Shown in pieces: positions 1 to 6,500 of a stretch of DNA of 17,190 nucleotides. Within the stretch, counting starts at the first letter, position 1, and each line of letters begins with the position of its first letter. A model generated the notes under the pieces. That model was not told where the DNA came from. It searched no databases and saw only the letters and a list, made by a program, of their open reading frames with translations. Both the position numbers and the translations under genes were made by a program. Source of the DNA: Bdellovibrionota bacterium (GTDB taxonomy: Bacteria; Bdellovibrionota; UBA1018; UBA923); NCBI GenBank assembly GCA_040754655.1, contig JBFMCE010000083.1:1-17190 (forward strand), in the 5' to 3' direction.

Positions 1-3
1 TGC

Positions 4-591
4 TTATTGGGCTGGGTTTCCACGAGGACGCTTATACATCGGAGCCATAACGAGAACAAGAAGCACGTAAAACAAGACCCCTTTTAGCAGAATCCAGATT
101 CTGGTGCTTCCCCAAACCGCGGCCCACGCCACGGCCAGGCCGTGAATCACCAAGAACCCGATCATGCGCGTGTCAAGTTTTCGCACCTGTTCCTGGAACC
201 AAGGCTGGTTCATCAAGAAATCCCGCTTTTTAGCGTCAAACGCCGGGAACTCTCGAAATGAACGCACCAGAAAAGACTCGCGCCCGCCAAACCGCATCGC
301 CACCATCACCAGCGCCAGCGCCAACTCCATCACTGCGGGCTGAAGCTTGAAGGCAGTGCCTGAATTCATGGCCAGAGAAACAAGTCCCAGCCCTAAAATC
401 AAGCCATTGCTCACCCAGGTCATGAAGCCAATTTTCTTTTGCGAGTATTTCTCGTAACCGAGCTCTAGGATGGCCGTAATGAGCCCCACGATCAGAGCTA
501 CCTTCAATCCAAAGAACTCTTCAACAACCCAGAAGAGCACGAGCGGAAAAAGCGCTATGAAAAATTGTCTCTGCATTTGAGTTTCTTTCAA
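4..591 (-). CDS. YciB/IspZ (intracellular septation protein A)-like inner membrane protein; start is TTG 591 or ATG 576
   Basis: About 5 hydrophobic segments. Family-like stretches include 'LFPLVLFWVVE', 'LILGLGLVSL...TAFKLQPAV' (cf. FIKxKPT) and 'WGSTRIWILLKG' (cf. ST..W..FK). Last gene of the minus-strand operon. Confidence 0.72.
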   Translation of the reverse strand: MKETQMQRQFFIALFPLVLFWVVEEFFGLKVALIVGLITAILELGYEKYSQKKIGFMTWVSNGLILGLGLVSLAMNSGTAFKLQPAVMELALALVMVAMRFGGRESFLVRSFREFPAFDAKKRDFLMNQPWFQEQVRKLDTRMIGFLVIHGLAVAWAAVWGSTRIWILLKGVLFYVLLVLVMAPMYKRPRGNPAQ

Positions 592-619
592 ATTTCAGAA
601 GCAGGCTTGCAACACGCTT

Positions 620-1825
620 CTAGAACTTATCTAGCGCAACAAGGTTTGATCTCGCCTCGCCCAATAGTTTCTCTGGGTCGGTGGCGTCTTCAGGCGAGCT
701 CGCCAGCCCGACCTTCGCTCCTTGCAGGAACTTTCCGCTTTCAGCGCCGATATTGGTGAGAAGACGCCGTACGATTTTCGGCGCATCTTGTTTCTTGCAA
801 TCATCCATGACGACGGCGATTTGACCGATGTCCGGCAAACAATAAACCGTATCTGTGGCGCGAAACAGCGCGCTCTTGAGCGCATCCGCGATCTGCTTCA
901 TCCCCTTGGCCTCGACTTCGAGCATCATCAGGGAAAGCGCGCCAATCTCTGTTTTCAACGCGTACATGCGTGATTCAAGCACTTTACGAAGCGCATCCTC
1001 ACTATCCAGGATTGGAAGAGCCATCCAGACCGTAAAGATGCCCTCTTTCCTTTGAGCATGCAGAGCTCCGCCATGCTGTTGCAAAACCTCGGACGCAATG
1101 GCAAGCGAGCCTCCGACTCCTTCATGAACACGGTCAAGAACGGCCTCTTGTTGCGAAAAGATCTTGAAAACATCGCTCCCAGATTGCCCAGCACCACCGG
1201 GCGGGGTCGTTTGCGAGCCGGCAAGCTCGGCCTTCACAGGGTTGCTAAACTCTACGACTGCGAACACGGCTTCTGGTTTTGCCCCCTCAATCATCATGCC
1301 TTCGGGCAAGGCGCCAAGCTTCACCCCGACTTTGGCCTTCACAATGATCTTGCTCTGTGCAGGCGAAAACTTAAATGTGTTTTCAAACAGCGCCCTTAAA
1401 ACTTGCTCAAGCCTAGGAGCATCTCCCAACAAAACCGGAAGGTCGGCAATGCCCTTGGCATCGCATTCAAGGGTGAAACCCATGGTCTCGGCGTCAGCCC
1501 CCCAATGTTCGAGCTGGGTCATCATGAGATTCTTCAACGAAACCTCATGAAAACGACAAACAAGCCTGCCTGAAACCATTTTTGAGAGATCCAAGAGTTG
1601 GCTCAAGGTCGCATTCAGCCTTTCAGCGTTGCGATAGGCCATTTCGAGAAATTTTTGTTTTTCTGGTTTAGGAAGCTCTTCCTCGCGCACCATTCGAAGG
1701 GCGTTCAGCACCGAGGTCAGGGGTGTTCGAAGTTCGTGCGAGACCAATGACAGAAGGTCTAGCTTGATTCGTTCAACCTCGTCGTCAGAGGTATTCTTTG
1801 AGGTCCGAGTCGTCTTGGATTTCAA
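620..1825 (-). CDS. Cytoplasmic histidine kinase (HisKA + atypical HATPase_c) with C-terminal degenerate GGDEF domain; no N-terminal sensor; start uncertain
   Basis: H-box SHELRTPLTS, 'GDAPRLEQVL..LFENTFKFS' N-box and G2-like 'EGVGGSLAIASEVLQQHGG'. The C-terminal 'LSLMMLEV...LFRATDTVY...IAVVM...KVGLASSPEDATDPEKLLGEA' follows the GGDEF fold pattern without the GGDEF motif. Confidence 0.85.
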   Translation of the reverse strand: MKSKTTRTSKNTSDDEVERIKLDLLSLVSHELRTPLTSVLNALRMVREEELPKPEKQKFLEMAYRNAERLNATLSQLLDLSKMVSGRLVCRFHEVSLKNLMMTQLEHWGADAETMGFTLECDAKGIADLPVLLGDAPRLEQVLRALFENTFKFSPAQSKIIVKAKVGVKLGALPEGMMIEGAKPEAVFAVVEFSNPVKAELAGSQTTPPGGAGQSGSDVFKIFSQQEAVLDRVHEGVGGSLAIASEVLQQHGGALHAQRKEGIFTVWMALPILDSEDALRKVLESRMYALKTEIGALSLMMLEVEAKGMKQIADALKSALFRATDTVYCLPDIGQIAVVMDDCKKQDAPKIVRRLLTNIGAESGKFLQGAKVGLASSPEDATDPEKLLGEARSNLVALDKF

Positions 1826-2147
1826 TTTTAACGAGCCACCCTTCGTCTATAGGATCTTCATTTAAGATCTGAGTATCGTCGGCTAGCGCGGTGTTTACCT
1901 CAGTCACGAAGCCTGCGGCAGGAGTGTAGACCTTGAGCGCTCCTTCTGCCCCGTCGATCTCGCAAATCACATCGTCTTTATCGAAATCATCACCTTCCTC
2001 GGGAAGATGAATGCCTTCCACCTCTCCGGTCTCATCGAGGCCATCCAAGGTAATACCAAGCGTGAGGATATTACTTTTCTTCTGGAACCAAAGTTTTCCG
2101 TCGTTGAATTCTACTATATTTGCAGCGCGTGATTGTTTGGCAGACAT
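1785..2147 (-). CDS. Glycine cleavage H-protein-like (GcvH/lipoyl domain fold) protein lacking the canonical lipoyl-Lys
   Basis: Motifs 'LTLGIT', 'LPEEG', 'VYTPAAGFVTEVN', 'LNEDPIDEGWLVKI' match GcvH. ESVKA is replaced by DGAEG. ATG 2147 is preferred over 2165, which would overlap the ansA start. Confidence 0.85.
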   Translation of the reverse strand: MSAKQSRAANIVEFNDGKLWFQKKSNILTLGITLDGLDETGEVEGIHLPEEGDDFDKDDVICEIDGAEGALKVYTPAAGFVTEVNTALADDTQILNEDPIDEGWLVKIEIQDDSDLKEYL

Positions 2148-2163
2148 ATGGCACCATTCTGAC

Positions 2164-3189
2164 ATGGTGAAATCTCAAAAACAAATTCAAAAAAGAGTTC
2201 TTTTGTTACACACGGGCGGCACCATCGGAATGGGAATCCCAAAGCCGCCCCATTCAGACCATCCTCTTTCGCCGGACGAGGGCTTCGTACGGCACCTAAA
2301 AAAACAGGTGCCCGAGCTCTGGAGGCTCGCGCAGATCGAAGTCTTAGCTCTCTCCTATAAAGACTCTTCCCAAATCACTCCCCATGATTGGGTACACATC
2401 GCCAAGACGGTGTCTACTCACAGCGACGACTACGATGCCTTTGTCATTACTCACGGTACCGACACTATGGTTTATACGGGCACAGCACTCTCTTACGTAC
2501 TTCCCTTTCCATGCAAGCCTGTCGTGTTCACAGGCTCTCAGAGGCCTCTTCAAGAGATCCGTAACGACGCCAGACGCAATTTAATCAACTCAGTAGCGAT
2601 TGCCGCAGGGCAACGGATATGCGAAGTTACCTTATTTTTTGATACGGTCTTACTGCGTGCGAACCGGGCAAAAAAAGTCCATATTGAAGAGTACTTCACC
2701 TTTGATTCCCCAAACTTTCCACGCCTTGCTCAAGAAAAGCTGAAGACGTTTTTTTCAAGATCTCCGCGCGAACATCTCAGTCGTCCACGACTTGAAATGA
2801 AGTTTGATACGCGAATCCAGATCGTAAAGGCTTTTCCAGGCGCCGATGTGGCTCTTCAACCCAAGGCCAGGGCCGTCGTAATCGAGGCTTTTGGATGCGG
2901 AAACTTGCCTTTGTTTGAGAGCTCTGTGCTCGAGTTTCTCAAGATCTGCGCGAAAAAGAAGATTCCAGTAGTCATGACAAGCCAGGTGCAAGCGGGCGCA
3001 CTGTCACCTGAAATCTATGAGATGGGGCGCCAGGCTCTCGACCTCGGAGTGATTTCGTCAGTCGACATGACCTTTGAAGCCACGCTAGTGAAGTGCATGA
3101 TGCTTGCCGGAAACAAGGTCGACTATGCCGACTGGCCTGCAGGCATTCTTTCAAATTGGAGCGGCGAGATCACGCCAAGCGAGAATTAA
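2164..3189 (+). CDS. ansA: Type I (cytoplasmic) L-asparaginase
   Basis: Catalytic motifs TGGTIGM, DSS, HGTDTM, TGSQRP, 'RANRAKKV', FDSPN, 'EAFGCGN' and DMTFEA; no signal peptide. The ORF-track extension 2011-2163 is antisense to the GcvH-like gene and was discarded. Confidence 0.93.
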   Translation: MVKSQKQIQKRVLLLHTGGTIGMGIPKPPHSDHPLSPDEGFVRHLKKQVPELWRLAQIEVLALSYKDSSQITPHDWVHIAKTVSTHSDDYDAFVITHGTDTMVYTGTALSYVLPFPCKPVVFTGSQRPLQEIRNDARRNLINSVAIAAGQRICEVTLFFDTVLLRANRAKKVHIEEYFTFDSPNFPRLAQEKLKTFFSRSPREHLSRPRLEMKFDTRIQIVKAFPGADVALQPKARAVVIEAFGCGNLPLFESSVLEFLKICAKKKIPVVMTSQVQAGALSPEIYEMGRQALDLGVISSVDMTFEATLVKCMMLAGNKVDYADWPAGILSNWSGEITPSEN

Positions 3190-3195
3190 GGCAAC

Positions 3196-3244
3196 AAACT
3201 GGTGTCAAAAAGCCGCGACTGCCGTGGCTTTTTGACATCAGTTT
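3196..3244 (+). terminator. 22-bp stem-loop just after the ansA stop, probable intrinsic terminator
   Basis: AAACTGGTGTCAAAAAGCCGCG-ACTGC-CGTGGCTTTTTGACATCAGTTT. Both deviations from a perfect inverted repeat are G-U pairs in + strand RNA, and a T run follows (3242-3246). Confidence 0.6.
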
Positions 3245-3335
3245 TTGTCGAATTTACAAAACCCTTGGTTTTTCAAAAACCACAAAATGCTCTAAACGCC
3301 GCGCTCTGAGCTCAAAGTCAAACTTTCATGAACAC

Positions 3336-3351
3336 TGGAATAAACTTTGCA
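3336..3351 (+). promoter_or_regulatory. Putative sigma54 (-24/-12) promoter
   Basis: TGGAATAAACTTTGCA has exact GG-N10-GC spacing with TTGCA at -12. It is intergenic, predicts a start near 3362, and lies just upstream of an SD and small ORF. Confidence 0.6.
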
Positions 3352-3378
3352 CACTCGAGAACTTGGGGAGAGAGACAC

Positions 3379-3465
3379 GTGACCCGAGAACTGAGCCAAA
3401 TCGTATTTCTTGTGATTGTTTTCATGACGCTTGCAGCGATCAGCCACGGAATTCAGCTGCCGTAG
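3379..3465 (+). CDS. Putative 28-aa single-pass membrane peptide MTRELSQIVFLVIVFMTLAAISHGIQLP
   Basis: GTG start preceded by GGGGAG, a hydrophobic core IVFLVIVFMTLAAI, a TAG stop, and the sigma54-type promoter upstream. Below the ORF-track size cutoff. Confidence 0.55.
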   Translation: MTRELSQIVFLVIVFMTLAAISHGIQLP

Positions 3466-3560
3466 ATCTTAAGCAAAGCAACTCCCGGCCCAACCCGTTC
3501 AATGCAGAGTCAGCACGATTTCAGGCGCGCGGGGCTGCATCCAGCCTAAACAAACAATAT

Positions 3561-6500
3561 TTACCTGACTTCTTGCAGCTTGCAGAATTTTTCCGGGAAG
3601 CAGCCGCATTCATAAACGCAGGTCGATCGCCCGCGCTTGTTCGTCACCTGAAAGTCATAAGTATAAACATCGGCCATTTGTTTACAGGCTTTATTTGCCT
3701 TGTTCGCCGCATTCCCAAAAAACGGCAGATCGACCCGAGCTGCGCCCATCAAAGGACAGCCTTCCTCGGTAAAAGGACCTTCAAGCCTAGGCTCAAGGTG
3801 AATGTTTTCTACTTTTCTAGTTTTAGGATCTTTGCAGAGCCCGACAGGGTCGCAGTAGACATGATAATAATAAGCGCTTCCTTTAAAGTCTCCTGCGGCG
3901 ATCTCACGGGTTGGAGGTTCCGTGAAGGGCCCTCTTACTGCATTGATGGGTGAATTTGGTGCCTTACACCGGCTTTCCAGGAATAGATCTTCTCCATCGC
4001 GGGGCTTTAGACCCTTACAGGCCTCTAAATAGTCTTTCTTCTGTTGATTCACTTGAAACTCTGAGCGAAATCCCGCGTGCTCGTGAAGGGGTGATGCCAT
4101 CAGAAGATTCAAGAACATCGAAGGCACACGGTAACTTGAACTCGCAGAAGCGGTTAAGATTGAGTTTTGTTGGTCTTCCTTGGCTGCGGGTCCCCGGCCT
4201 GCCGCATCTGCAACCGCGTGAGGCTCATTGGCATCGCCTTCCGCACCATCACTCTCAGGTAGATCTCCGCTCTGACTGCCCAGTGCCACGGAAGCACCTA
4301 AATCTCCCCTTTCGTGCTCTGGGATTTCCCGTCCAGGCACCAAAGTTCCGCCCGATGCGTCTTTCTTGCCACTCTTTTTGACAAGGACCTCATAAGCCTG
4401 CGCACGGTCATCAGTTCCAAGGCTCAGGCCCGTACACCCAAAACTTCGCGTTCCAATCTTATCGACAAGGCAACCGCTAAAGAAGCAGGGATAAATCAAG
4501 GTATCTCCCGTGGTCTTCACCGACACTGCAGGCAGCTTGCAAATTCCTTTGGCTGCGTCACAGTGATCACTCTCAATATTTGGCAATGCCCTTTTGCAGG
4601 CGTCTTTTGCTGCCTTTTCAAAAGATTCGTTCACAAGCTCTTCGGCATAAAAAGGAAGTCTTGCTCCTGTATTTCCGGGCCTTTTATAGCCTGCGGGCAC
4701 TACTTTTACTGGTCTTGCAGCCTTAAGAGGTATTCTTGGTTTTTTTGGATCTTCGTCGTCTAGGGCCTCGGCCCCTTCAACAGGCTTTTCAGCCCTCACA
4801 ATTGGCTTTGCTTCAGACCGGTTTTTTGCGCGACCTGAAATCGAGGCAGCCGTGTTAACGCCTAGATAGTGGCGGCCCGAACACGCGAAGACTTCTCCGT
4901 CATCAGTATCGTGCATGCCGCAATTGGTGAACACGCAAGGGTATTCCAAGGCGTCTCCTGACGTGACAATCTCGACCTTGCCCTGGCAAATCCCATTTGG
5001 CGTGCAAGTCGAGCGAGTGAAGCGTCTGCTCTCTTCACATTTCTTTGTCGCCGCCCGCGTGAGAATAGGATCTGCGAGCTCTTCTTGCTCGGGCGCCCTA
5101 GTCTGCGCACGCAATGGATCTTTCTTACGCGCAACTAGTTTTCCAGGCTGAGAACGTCCTGACTCAAGAGCGGCTCGAGGAAGCTCACCGTTGGGCAATT
5201 CGCCACTACTCTCAGCAGACTCATCGCCACGGACACCGAGCGCTACTGAACTCTCACTTACTTCGACGTTTTGTTCAGAGCCGGCAGCCTCAACTTGTTT
5301 CCTTGAGATGGGCCTTAAACCGAATTTCATCTGAGGCTCATTGGGTTTGCCTTCCACGGCCGTGCATGAAAAGTAGCAGGCAAACCTGTAATTCTTGCCG
5401 TTCTTCGCCAGAGATCCCTCAAACTGAACTCCTTCTTCAGACAAGCACTTCTCTAAAGGAACCTTTCCGGCGCTTTTCTGGGAATCACATTTAGCATGAG
5501 CTTCGTTGGCGAGCCCGAGCTCAACTAATTGTGCCGCATCGACGAGTTCGGGCTTCTTTGCATTGTTATAGGCTTTCCCAAGTCCGGGGAGGTCCAGCAT
5601 GTGCTTCCATACCTGGCCTTGATCGGTTTTCGTCAACGTATGCTTACAGGGAAATTCGTATAGATTTTTCTTTCCACCGTATTTGTAAACAATGTGGATC
5701 TTATCGATGCACTCGCTTCCCTTGCAGCGCTTTGATTCGAATCCGCTTCGACATTTCTGCGCCGCCTGATCAATGAGGGCCACCTCCGCCAGCTCATCGC
5801 CTTCGGGTTCTCGAGGCGCAACCACAGAAGATTCAAATGTAATTCCTTTATCCGTGTCTCGGCAATTCAACCGATAACATGAAAAAGCAAGCAGCTCGTC
5901 GTGCTCATTCGGCACCAAGACCACATCTTCATTGACTCCTCTTGTGCAATGCTTGCCACGCTTAAAGTTCTGCGGAGCCTTGCACTGATCCGCCGCCGCA
6001 AGCCCAAATAACTTTTCCTCTTCAGGAGTGGGAAGGCGCCGATTCTCAAACCCTCTGGCTTGTTGATTTTGAGTCTGTGCTCCAGACTGGCCACCGATCG
6101 CCCGATTCCCGCCAGGGCCACGCTGAAGAGAAGCGCTCGATGCCCCACTTCTTGCGGCAACCAAACCTTGCTGACTTGCCCCCAATTCCACTACTGGAGC
6201 AGATCTCAGTTGAGGAGAAATCTTGCGGAGCTCTTCAAAAACCAGCCCTTGCCTGTGGGCAGCCACCGCTTTCTGATAGAGGTCATGACCCAATTGCACC
6301 ACCCGCACTTGTTCTTCCGCATCGAAAGGCCTAAGAGCTGCGGCACAACGTACGAAGGCGCCAGAAGCACAGTGACAGACCGTATCACAAGCGAAAACAT
6401 ACATATTGCCTGAACTAAATTCAGACACTTGGCTTAACCCAAGACTTGCCCACCCATCTTGACGCGGGTTCTTACAGGCATTCAACATTCGCGGGTCGCT

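Noticed and set aside
2011..2163. N-terminal extension of the asparaginase ORF
   Set aside because: Antisense to the GcvH-like gene; asparaginase similarity begins only at KRVLLLHTGGT.
3093..3953. 286-aa plus-strand ORF
   Set aside because: Overlaps ansA, runs through the hairpin and promoter, is antisense to the large gene and has no protein-like features.
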